DNA of 37,315 bases, taken from positions 1 to 37,315 of the forward strand of contig JAAVBR010000007.1 in assembly GCA_014802705.1 (NCBI GenBank), given 5' to 3'. The first letter of the stretch is position 1. Each line of letters begins with the position of its first letter. Of the stretch, positions 8,410 through 15,883 are shown in pieces. The DNA comes from a bacterium (lineage in GTDB: Bacteria > Pseudomonadota > Alphaproteobacteria > Rs-D84). The position numbers were made by a program, and so were the translations under genes. Under the pieces are notes generated by a model that was not told the DNA's origin, made no database searches, and saw only the letters and a program-made list of their open reading frames with translations.

Positions 8410-9744
8410 ATGAAATCATGGATATTTTGTCTGATGTTGTTGCCGTCGGCGGTGTTTGCCGCCCCGGATTGTGCCACCCGGCGTGCAGTGCCCGATGGAA
8501 AACTTACGTTGCAAGAGGTTATTGAACTCGGGCTTTGTCGTAATCCCCAGACGGCCGCCGCCTATTTATCCCTGGAATCGGCCCGATTTGCCAAGAATGC
8601 CGGTTATGCGGATTATTTGCCCAATGTGTCGGCATCGGCGTCCGGCACGTTGCCGTATCGTAATGAAGAGTGGGGCGATTGGTCCTGGGGGGCGTCGCTG
8701 TCGGCGTCGTATCTGATTTTTGATTTTGGTCGGCGCCTGTCGGATATCAAGACACTGACGGCGGTGTGGCGCGCCACGGGGTTTGATTATGACGATGCGG
8801 TGCAAAATTATGTCTATGGCATTATCGGGGCGTATTACACATTGCTGAATACCAATGCCGATGTGGACGCGGCGTCGGCGTCGCGTGCCGTGGCCCAGAC
8901 CGCGTTGGACACCGCGCAAAAGAAATTCAAGGCCGGTGCCGTCGCCCGTGCCGATGTGTTAAAGGCGGAAACGACCCTGGCGACCCGTGATCTGGAATTG
9001 GAACGGGCCAAAAATAATCGCGAAATCGCCAAGGGAACATTGTTGAGCAAATTGTCCTTTGCGGCGGACGGGGATATTGAAATTGCCGATATGCCCTCTA
9101 ACTTTGGCAGTCGGGATGAAAACAAAAGCATTGATGATTTGATTGATATGGCGCAAACGCGGCGGCCGGATTTATTGCGGGCATCGGCCGATGTGGACGC
9201 GGCGTGGCACCGGCGCAACAGTTCGTTCCTGAAAAATTTGCCGTCGATTTCGGCGTCGGGAACATTGTCGTGGAACGATACGCCGTCCGAATCATTTAAT
9301 GCAGGCCATAATCACATCAGCGGATCCATCGGCGTGCGGGCATCGATGCCGATTTTTGCGGGTTTTGCCAATATGTATGGCGTGCGCAGCGCCCAGGCCA
9401 ATTACGATCGTGCGCTGGAAAATCAGCGGGCGTCCCATGATAACGCGGTGCTGGATATCTTTACCGCCTATCAAAATTATAAGACGGCGCAAAAGGTGTT
9501 GGGCCAAACCCAGGCCTTATTAAAATCGGCGACGGAATCCGAACGCGTGACGTCCGGCATGTACAAGGTGGGCAAGGCCACCATGCTGGATTGGCAGACG
9601 GCGCAATCGGAATTGGTCGATGCCCAAAAACAAAACAATGCGGCCAAATACGACCTGTTTACCAAACGGGCGGCGGTGGCGCTGGCAATCGGGGATATTC
9701 AATCCGGTTTGATGACCCAAGAACAGGGAGGGGATAATGATTAA
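8410..9744 (+). CDS. TolC-family outer-membrane efflux protein
   Basis: Signal peptide MKSWIFCLMLLPSAVFA, then two repeated coiled-coil/barrel halves with typical TolC patterns (L.L.E....AL..NP......, ...A...Y....A..). 444 aa. Confidence 0.8.
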   Translation: MKSWIFCLMLLPSAVFAAPDCATRRAVPDGKLTLQEVIELGLCRNPQTAAAYLSLESARFAKNAGYADYLPNVSASASGTLPYRNEEWGDWSWGASLSASYLIFDFGRRLSDIKTLTAVWRATGFDYDDAVQNYVYGIIGAYYTLLNTNADVDAASASRAVAQTALDTAQKKFKAGAVARADVLKAETTLATRDLELERAKNNREIAKGTLLSKLSFAADGDIEIADMPSNFGSRDENKSIDDLIDMAQTRRPDLLRASADVDAAWHRRNSSFLKNLPSISASGTLSWNDTPSESFNAGHNHISGSIGVRASMPIFAGFANMYGVRSAQANYDRALENQRASHDNAVLDIFTAYQNYKTAQKVLGQTQALLKSATESERVTSGMYKVGKATMLDWQTAQSELVDAQKQNNAAKYDLFTKRAAVALAIGDIQSGLMTQEQGGDND

Positions 9745-10924
9745 AAAAATCGGGCGCTGGATCTGGCGCCAGAAATGGTGGATTTTGATTTTGGTATTGT
9801 TGGGGGTGGGGGGCTGGTTTTTGTGGGGCCGATCCGGTTCTGAGAAATCCAGTTTTTCAACCGTGGCCATTACGCGCGGTGACATTCGCCAGGTGGTTAC
9901 CGCCACCGGGGAAATTCAGCCGGTCAACACCGTCAGCGTTGGATCCCAAGTATCGGGCACCATTGACCAGATCTTTGTGGATTATAATGCGACCGTCAAA
10001 CAGGGCGACATTCTGTTGACCATTGAACCGTCGGTCTTGCAGGCCTCGGTCGACGAGGCGAAGGCATCCCTGGTGTCGGCCGAATCGCAACGCAATTATG
10101 CCAAAAACGAATATGACCGGAACAAGACGCTCTATGCCGACGGCTTTATCGCCCGGGCGGAAATGGAACAGTCACAAACCGCCTATGAACAGGCGGAACA
10201 ATCGGTCTTGCGCGCCCAATCCCAATATGATCGGGCGGTGACGAATTTGGGCTATGCCACAATTACGTCGCCGGTTGACGGCACCGTTATTTCGCGCAAG
10301 GTGGACAAGGGTCAAACCGTGGCCGCATCGTTCCAGACGCCGGATTTGTTTGAAATCGCCGAAGATTTAACCAAGATGCAGATTGAAACATCCGTGTCTG
10401 AGGCGGATATTGGTATGATTGCCGATGGCCAGCATGTGACATTTACGGTGGACGCATACCCGACGCAAACATTTGACGGGGTGGTGCGGCAAATTCGTCT
10501 GTCGCCGACAACGACATCCAACGTTGTGGTGTACACTGTGGTGATTGATGTGGATAATTCGGATCTGCGCCTGATGCCGGGGATGACGGCGTTCGTGACG
10601 ATTATTGTGGCGGAAAAGATGGATATTTGGAAGGCCCCCAATGCGGCGTTCTTGGTTCGCAATTTCACAAATATTGTGGATGAACCGGGCGATGCCACGC
10701 CGACAACCCATCTGGCGATTCAGCGGGCCAATGCCCTGAACGACGGGATTATCTTGGTCCCGTATACCAAGGGTTTGGCCACCGCGACGGAAACAGAAAT
10801 TGTGGCGGACGGCATTATGGCGGGCGATCGGATTGTGGTGGGACGCATTGGCGCGACAACATCCGGGACACAAAAGCAACAGTCAACCATGCGCATGGGA
10901 CCCGGGGGCGGGGGACCGCGCTAA
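9737..10924 (+). CDS. periplasmic adaptor (HlyD/MacA-type membrane fusion protein)
   Basis: N-terminal TM segment, a lipoyl/barrel-sandwich hallmark (V..V.V..G..VK.GD.L..I.., ..A.I.SP.DG.V....V..GQ.V) and a coiled-coil hairpin. Its ATG overlaps the tolC stop (ATGATTAA). Confidence 0.85.
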   Translation: MIKKIGRWIWRQKWWILILVLLGVGGWFLWGRSGSEKSSFSTVAITRGDIRQVVTATGEIQPVNTVSVGSQVSGTIDQIFVDYNATVKQGDILLTIEPSVLQASVDEAKASLVSAESQRNYAKNEYDRNKTLYADGFIARAEMEQSQTAYEQAEQSVLRAQSQYDRAVTNLGYATITSPVDGTVISRKVDKGQTVAASFQTPDLFEIAEDLTKMQIETSVSEADIGMIADGQHVTFTVDAYPTQTFDGVVRQIRLSPTTTSNVVVYTVVIDVDNSDLRLMPGMTAFVTIIVAEKMDIWKAPNAAFLVRNFTNIVDEPGDATPTTHLAIQRANALNDGIILVPYTKGLATATETEIVADGIMAGDRIVVGRIGATTSGTQKQQSTMRMGPGGGGPR

Positions 10925-10945
10925 GGCGCATAGGGCCCGGGGACA

Positions 10946-10967
10946 AAAGCCGGCATGCCGGCTTTTT
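10946..10967 (+). terminator. hairpin plus T-run inside the exporter gene cluster (possible attenuating terminator)
   Basis: AAAGCCGGCATGCCGGCTTTTT lies between the adaptor stop and the ATPase start. Confidence 0.5.
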
Positions 10968-10994
10968 CCAAAAAAAAGACAAACGGAAACGGAT

Positions 10995-11771
10995 ATGCAA
11001 AAGAAAAAAGAATCCCAAACGGATATCATTATTTCCATGGCCGGTATCAATAAAAGTTTCCCCTTGGAAATGGGGGGCGAACAACAGGTGCTGTTTGACA
11101 TCACCTTTGACGTGCATGCGGGGGAATTTGTGGCCATTATGGGGCCGTCGGGGTCGGGCAAATCCACATGCATGAATATCATCGGCGCGCTGGATACGGC
11201 CACATCCGGCACATACAAATTGTATGGCACGGATATTTCCAATTTTTCGTCCGACGAATTGGCGATGGTGCGCAATGAACATATCGGCTTTGTGTTCCAG
11301 AATTTTAATCTGTTGTCCAAACGCACGGTGTTGGATAACGTTATGTTGCCATTGATGTATCGGGGCATGAGTATGGATGAACGCCGCCGGCGGGGCCGCG
11401 AAATGTTACAGCGTGTGGGCCTGGAACGCTTTGAAAGTTATCTGCCATCGCAACTTTCGGGTGGTATGCGCCAGCGTGTGGCGATCGCCCGCGCATTGGC
11501 AGGCGATCCGAAATTGATTCTGGCGGACGAACCGACGGGGGCCCTGGACAGTAAAATGGGGCACGAGATTTTACAGTTTTTCAAACAACTCAATCACGAT
11601 ATGGGGATCACCATTGTGATGATCACGCACGAATTTGATATTGCCAAATATGCGTCGCGCCTGATTCATATTTATGATGGTCGCGTCAATTATGACGGCC
11701 CGATTCCATCCAGCGAGGCTGTATTGGTCAAATCTGAAACATCGCCAAAGCCCAAGGGACGCAAGAAATGA
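10995..11771 (+). CDS. MacB/LolD-type ABC transporter ATP-binding protein
   Basis: Walker [11 protein letters not shown]-loop, signature [15 protein letters not shown], Walker [14 protein letters not shown]-loop ITH. The internal ATG at 10995 lies downstream of the hairpin; the ORF-track start at 10800 overlaps the adaptor gene. Confidence 0.9.
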   Translation: MQKKKESQTDIIISMAGINKSFPLEMGGEQQVLFDITFDVHAGEFVAIMGPSGSGKSTCMNIIGALDTATSGTYKLYGTDISNFSSDELAMVRNEHIGFVFQNFNLLSKRTVLDNVMLPLMYRGMSMDERRRRGREMLQRVGLERFESYLPSQLSGGMRQRVAIARALAGDPKLILADEPTGALDSKMGHEILQFFKQLNHDMGITIVMITHEFDIAKYASRLIHIYDGRVNYDGPIPSSEAVLVKSETSPKPKGRKK

Positions 11772-12985
11772 CATTTAACGATATTTTAAAAGAATCCTGG
11801 TTTTCGATCAGCGGTAATAAAATGCGGTCATTTTTGACCGTGTTGGGGATTATCATCGGGGTGATGGCGGTGGTGATTATGGTGGCCGTGGGCGAAACGG
11901 TCCAAAAACAGATCAGTGATCAGTTTTCGTCGCTGGGGACCAATACCATTATGATCCGTGCCGGCGCCGCCCAGACCGGGGGGGTGCGTACGGGTAATCG
12001 CCAGACATTGACCCTGGACGATGCGGAATTTATCGGCAAATTGCCCGATGTGATGGCGGTGTCCCCGGTTCAAAACAGCGCCGCCCAGGCCATTTATGGT
12101 AATAAAAATTGGGCGACATCCATGGTGGGGGTGTGGCCGGCCTATACCGTGGTCCAGAATATCGAAATAGAACAGGGGGCTTTTTTCGATCAATCGGCGG
12201 TGCGCAACGCGTCGACCTATGCCGTAATTGGGCCCACCACGGCCGAAGAATTGGGATTGCCCGATAACCCCATCGGCCAGGTGGTGCGGATTCAAAATAC
12301 GCCCTTTGTGATTGTGGGGGTGACCAAAGCCAAGGGCGATTCGGCCATGGGGTCCCAGGACGACATGATCATCATTCCGATCACAACATTGAAAAAGCGT
12401 CTGCAGGGTTCGCGCTTTCCCAACGCGGTCAGTATGATTGCCTTGAAACTCTATCCGGATGCGGATAATAATTTGGTGATTGAACAGATTACGGCGTTGC
12501 TGCGCCAGCGGCATAAATTAAAAGATGCCGATGCCGACGATTTTCAAATCATGGACATGAAACAGGTCATGGAAACCATGAACACGGTGACGGGGTATAT
12601 GAAACTGTTGCTGATTGCGATTGCGGGCGTGTCGCTGTTGGTGGGGGCGATCGGGATTATGAACATGATGCTGGTGTCGGTGGCGGAACGCACGCGTGAA
12701 ATTGGCATTCGCAAGGCCATTGGCGCACGTGAACGGCATATTATTATTCAATTTTTATCCGAATCGATTTTTATCTCCTTTATCGGATCCATGGTGGGAT
12801 TGATGTTGGGGCTGGGCCTGGCCCAGGGGGTGGGGCGATTGATCCTGCATTACAATGTGCCGTTTTCGGCATGGCCGGTGGTGTTATCCATCAGTGTGGC
12901 GGTGATTGTCGGCCTGGCATCCGGGGTGATGCCCGCGTACAAGGCGGCGAAATTAAACCCGATCGACAGCCTGCGCTATGAATAA
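11768..12985 (+). CDS. MacB/FtsX-type ABC transporter permease
   Basis: N-terminal TM segment, a large periplasmic domain and a C-terminal FtsX 3-TM bundle (ER.REIGIRKAIGA....I..QFL.ES). ATGA overlap with the ATPase gene. Confidence 0.88.
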   Translation: MTFNDILKESWFSISGNKMRSFLTVLGIIIGVMAVVIMVAVGETVQKQISDQFSSLGTNTIMIRAGAAQTGGVRTGNRQTLTLDDAEFIGKLPDVMAVSPVQNSAAQAIYGNKNWATSMVGVWPAYTVVQNIEIEQGAFFDQSAVRNASTYAVIGPTTAEELGLPDNPIGQVVRIQNTPFVIVGVTKAKGDSAMGSQDDMIIIPITTLKKRLQGSRFPNAVSMIALKLYPDADNNLVIEQITALLRQRHKLKDADADDFQIMDMKQVMETMNTVTGYMKLLLIAIAGVSLLVGAIGIMNMMLVSVAERTREIGIRKAIGARERHIIIQFLSESIFISFIGSMVGLMLGLGLAQGVGRLILHYNVPFSAWPVVLSISVAVIVGLASGVMPAYKAAKLNPIDSLRYE

Positions 12986-13013
12986 AAAAATCCCGGGGAT
13001 TCCCGGGATTTTT
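12986..13013 (+). terminator. rho-independent terminator after the permease gene (also the left end of cassette copy 1)
   Basis: AATCCCGG-GGATTC-CCGGGATT followed by TTT and flanked by an A-run. Confidence 0.7.
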
Positions 13014-13017
13014 CATG

Positions 13018-13046
13018 TTGCGCGAAACGGCGCAATCGGTTATAAT
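13018..13046 (+). promoter_or_regulatory. sigma70-type promoter of cassette copy 1
   Basis: TTGCGC, 17-nt spacer, TATAAT. The -35 is part of the inverted repeat TTGCGC-GAAACG-GCGCAA. Predicted TSS is near 13053. Confidence 0.6.
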
Positions 13047-13155
13047 CCGTGGGGTAGAGGGCGAAAATACTATGCCTAATCCAAAGGGACGTTTGCATAC
13101 GACAATAATCCCAAAATAAAAATCCCCAATTTCCGCACTTTTTCCTCCTGATTTT

Positions 13156-13647
13156 ATGCCTAATCCAAACGTCGGTTTGAATCCGGCCGTGGCCGCCGAA
13201 TGTCCAGCAAAGGTATGCGTGTCAGGCGAGCTGGGAATAATAGACGATTTGGATGGTACCGTTGATTTAGATAGCAAGGCGGCCAATTGCGCAACCACCA
13301 AGATGACATGTTACGGAGAGTCTGCTGAGGGATTTACTGGGGAGTCGACTGGTTTGGAATCGTGTGTGACATGTCTGGATGGATATGTCAAAGAAGAACG
13401 GACAGTTCCGTTTCAAGATCAACGGGGCAACGAATGTACGGTCACATATTACACCTGTGTCAAAGAGACAAAATGCCCCCAGGGACAATATAAACAGGGG
13501 ACGACCTGTGTGGCCTGTCCGTCATCGGGAACGACCGATGCAGCCGGCATGACGGCCGTGACGCAATGTTATCTTGCCGCCGGGACAGCCTTTTCCGATG
13601 CCAGCGGGGCAGGCGTTTACGCCGCCAAATGTCCCTGGGTGAATTAA
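13156..13647 (+). CDS. Cys-rich protein family member 1 (MPNPNVGL N-terminus, ephrin-receptor-like CxxCPxG C-terminal module)
   Basis: The C-terminus KCPQGQYKQGTTCVACPSSGTTDAAGMTAVTQCYLAAGTAFSDASGAGVYAAKCPWVN matches the GCC2/GCC3 (Ephrin_rec_like) pattern. No signal peptide and no SD are seen. Confidence 0.7.
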   Translation: MPNPNVGLNPAVAAECPAKVCVSGELGIIDDLDGTVDLDSKAANCATTKMTCYGESAEGFTGESTGLESCVTCLDGYVKEERTVPFQDQRGNECTVTYYTCVKETKCPQGQYKQGTTCVACPSSGTTDAAGMTAVTQCYLAAGTAFSDASGAGVYAAKCPWVN

Positions 13648-13649
13648 AA

Positions 13650-13678
13650 TTGACATTTTTCGTCCCGCGCGTTATGAT
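13650..13678 (+). promoter_or_regulatory. canonical sigma70 promoter upstream of the Thr-rich mini-ORF and thrS
   Basis: TTGACA, 17-nt spacer, TATGAT. Confidence 0.6.
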
Positions 13679-13685
13679 GCAAGGC

Positions 13686-13742
13686 ATGAAGTATTTATAT
13701 ATGACTTTGACGACAACCACGACGACCCCTTTGGGGGTGTAA
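13686..13742 (+). CDS. candidate Thr-rich leader peptide (MKYLYMTLTTTTTTPLGV)
   Basis: An 18-codon ORF with six consecutive Thr codons (ACG ACA ACC ACG ACG ACC, 13710-13727), 78 nt upstream of thrS. An alternative ATG lies at 13701. It is too short for the ORF track. Confidence 0.5.
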   Translation: MKYLYMTLTTTTTTPLGV

Positions 13743-13749
13743 TTTCTGT

Positions 13750-13778
13750 TTGCGGTTTTTCCCGCGTATGCTTATAAT
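13750..13778 (+). promoter_or_regulatory. possible proximal thrS promoter
   Basis: TTGCGG, 17-nt spacer, TATAAT, 42 nt upstream of the thrS ATG. This is a motif match only. Confidence 0.35.
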
Positions 13779-13819
13779 CATCAATTGGAATAAAAATAAA
13801 AAACAAAGGGACTTTTGTT

Positions 13820-15553
13820 ATGTCTTACGAAATTGAAACCATTCGGCATTCGCTGGCGCATGTGATGGCGGCGGCGATTCAAAAATTACACCCCGACGTC
13901 AAATTTGCGGGTGGCCCGGCCATTGAAAACGGATTTTATTACGATTTCGATACCGATTATCGCTTTTCCGAAGAAGACTTTGACGCCATTGAAAAGGAAA
14001 TGCGCGCCTTGATCAAATCCGACGGCGCGTTTGTCCAACGCAACGTCACCGCGGCCGAGGCCAAGGAGATTTTTGCCAACCAGCCGTACAAAATGGAATG
14101 GTTAAATGAATATGATGCGGCCGGCGACGCCCTGTCGATCTATACATTCCGCGACTTTACCGACCTGTGCCGGGGGCCGCATGTGGCGTCATCCAAAGAC
14201 CTGCCGCGCGACGGGTTTAAAATCCGCAGTGTGGCGGGCGCCTATTGGAAGGGCGACGCCAAAAATAAAATGTTGCAGCGTATCTATGTGGATGCCTTTG
14301 CGTCCAAGGAAGATTTGGACGCGCATCTGAAAATGATGGAAGAGGCGGCCGCCCGCGACAACCGAAAACTGGGGCGCGATATGGATCTGTTCCATTTTGA
14401 ACCGGAATATGCGCCCGGGGCGGTGTTCTGGCATGACAAGGGGTATCGTATTTATCGGCGCCTGATCGATTATATCCGTATGCGCCAGGAACGCGCCGGT
14501 TATCTGGAAATTTCGACCCCGTCGGTGATGGATCGGTCCCTGTGGGAAAAATCGGGCCACTGGGCGAAATATGGGGAACATAACTATTCGGGCAAGACCC
14601 AGGATGGCAAAACGTTCTGTGTGAAACCGATGTCGTGCCCGGGCGGCATGTTGGTGTTCGGCCAGGGAACGCGTTCGTACAAGGATCTGCCGCTGTATCT
14701 GTCGGAATTCGGCAAGGTCAATCGGTACGAGGCGGCCGGGGGCCTGGCCGGGCTGATGCGTGTGCGTGAATTCACCCAGGACGACGCGCATATCTTCTGT
14801 ACCGAAGATCAGTTTGAAACCGAAATCGTCAAAATCTTGTCTTTTGTAAAAGATATTTATGCGAAATTCGGCTTTGATCGGGTGTGGATGAAATTGGCCA
14901 CCCGCAAGGAATCGGAATTCCGAATCGGGTCGGATGAAATCTGGGACAAGGCCGAAGAGGGACTGCGTCATGCGCTGGAGGCCAATAATATTGAATTCGA
15001 AGTGGCGACCGGGGACGCCGCCTTCTATGGACCCAAAATCGATATTTATCTGAAAGATTCGATTGGCCGCACCTGGCAATGCGGGACGGTTCAATTGGAT
15101 ATGAATCTGCCGGAACGCTTTGATTTGTCGTATATCGGCGAAGACGGGGAAAAGCATCGTCCGATTATGTTGCATCGCGCGTTGCTGGGGTCGATTGAAC
15201 GCTTTATGGGCGTATTGTTGGAATCGACCGGCGGGCATTTGCCGCTGTGGTTATCGCCGATGCCGGTGGTGGTCACCCCCATTTCGGAAAAGCAGCGCGA
15301 CTATGCCATCGCCGTGGCGGATGCGTTGACGGCCGCGGGCGTCCGGTGCACGACCGATCTGCGCGATGAAAAGGTCAATTACAAAGTCCGTGAATTGTCC
15401 GTCGCCAAAACCCCCATTATCGCGGTGGTGGGCGACAAAGAAATGGCCGACCAGACTGTGACCCTGCGCCGTTTGGGTGTGGAACAGCAGGAAACCGTTT
15501 CCTTGCAAGACTTTGTGGAACAAATGCGCGCCGCGGTGCAATTGCCGGCGTAA
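13820..15553 (+). CDS. thrS: threonine--tRNA ligase lacking the N-terminal TGS domain
   Basis: It starts at the editing-domain motif (IRHSLAHVMAAAIQKL..GP.IENGFYYDF). CRGPH is present, as are class II motifs (FCVKPMSCPG, RVREFTQDDAHIF, GDAAFYGPKID) and an anticodon-binding domain. Length is 577 aa, against about 640 aa for E. coli ThrRS. Confidence 0.93.
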   Translation: MSYEIETIRHSLAHVMAAAIQKLHPDVKFAGGPAIENGFYYDFDTDYRFSEEDFDAIEKEMRALIKSDGAFVQRNVTAAEAKEIFANQPYKMEWLNEYDAAGDALSIYTFRDFTDLCRGPHVASSKDLPRDGFKIRSVAGAYWKGDAKNKMLQRIYVDAFASKEDLDAHLKMMEEAAARDNRKLGRDMDLFHFEPEYAPGAVFWHDKGYRIYRRLIDYIRMRQERAGYLEISTPSVMDRSLWEKSGHWAKYGEHNYSGKTQDGKTFCVKPMSCPGGMLVFGQGTRSYKDLPLYLSEFGKVNRYEAAGGLAGLMRVREFTQDDAHIFCTEDQFETEIVKILSFVKDIYAKFGFDRVWMKLATRKESEFRIGSDEIWDKAEEGLRHALEANNIEFEVATGDAAFYGPKIDIYLKDSIGRTWQCGTVQLDMNLPERFDLSYIGEDGEKHRPIMLHRALLGSIERFMGVLLESTGGHLPLWLSPMPVVVTPISEKQRDYAIAVADALTAAGVRCTTDLRDEKVNYKVRELSVAKTPIIAVVGDKEMADQTVTLRRLGVEQQETVSLQDFVEQMRAAVQLPA

Positions 15554-15556
15554 AAA

Positions 15557-15588
15557 AATCCGGGTGCGGGAATCCCGGGGGATATTTT
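15557..15588 (+). terminator. probable thrS terminator
   Basis: An A-run, then CCGGG..CCCGG hairpin, then GATATTTT. The stem is imperfect. Confidence 0.45.
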
Positions 15589-15650
15589 CCCTGTGGTCCG
15601 TGCCCGGCATTCTTTTATAATCAGATATGAAAGAGCAGGGGGATAAACAA

Positions 15651-15788
15651 ATGAAAAAAGCAATGTGGATTGGTGTCTTGGGCGCCTTGTTGTGCGGGGC
15701 ATGCATGCAAAAGTGTGAAGTCGAACCCATCGTCGAACAAAATCACAAACTGATTGTGCCGCCGAATTTTGGCCAGATGCCGAAATAA
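15651..15788 (+). CDS. small putative lipoprotein (45 aa)
   Basis: MKKAMWIGVLGALLCGAC... is a signal peptide with a lipobox-like LLCGAC. SD AGGGGG lies 9 nt upstream, and a terminator follows. Below the ORF-track size cut-off. Confidence 0.5.
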   Translation: MKKAMWIGVLGALLCGACMQKCEVEPIVEQNHKLIVPPNFGQMPK

Positions 15789-15793
15789 AATCA

Positions 15794-15822
15794 AAAACGT
15801 TTCCGATGGGGAACGTTTTTTT
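15794..15822 (+). terminator. rho-independent terminator
   Basis: AACGTTTCC-GATG-GGGAACGTT (one mismatch) followed by T7. Confidence 0.65.
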
Positions 15823-15859
15823 GATGTGGGCATATTCGCTTGGGGAACGGGATTTTTTG

Positions 15860-15868
15860 TGATATAAT
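15860..15868 (+). promoter_or_regulatory. extended -10 promoter element (TGaTATAAT)
   Basis: TTTTGTGATATAAT lies upstream of the SPOR gene. Confidence 0.4.
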
Positions 15869-15883
15869 AAACGCAAAGAAATA

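Larger units (their letters stand above)
12986..13179 (+). repeat. conserved promoter/leader/mini-ORF cassette, copy 1
   Basis: Near-identical to 16928-17130 over its full length, and to 24217-24381 from the -10 box onward. It contains the mini-ORF 13072-13119 (MPNPKGRLHTTIIPK) and the first 24 nt of the downstream ORF. Confidence 0.9.

Noticed and set aside
10800-10994. An N-terminal extension of the ABC ATPase ORF
   Set aside because: It overlaps the adaptor gene's 3' end in another frame and runs through the hairpin and T-run at 10946-10967. ABC homology starts after ATG 10995.
12986-13013. Similar A-run / ATCCCGG...CCGGGAT / T-run hairpins at 12986, 15557, 16928 and 25682, considered as a REP/MITE-like dispersed repeat
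   Set aside because: They are short, have different loops and stems, and sit exactly where intrinsic terminators are expected. Only the 12986 and 16928 copies extend into long homology, which is covered by the cassette finding.
12891-13301. ORFs running through the cassette copies (12891-13301 minus, 16797-17105 plus, 16941-17147 minus, 23698-24312 plus)
   Set aside because: They are read-through artefacts spanning terminators and promoters. Only the last 15-30 codons of the plus-strand ones correspond to the conserved mini-ORFs. The FGLGIK motifs in the minus-strand ones simply mirror the duplicated 14-mer.
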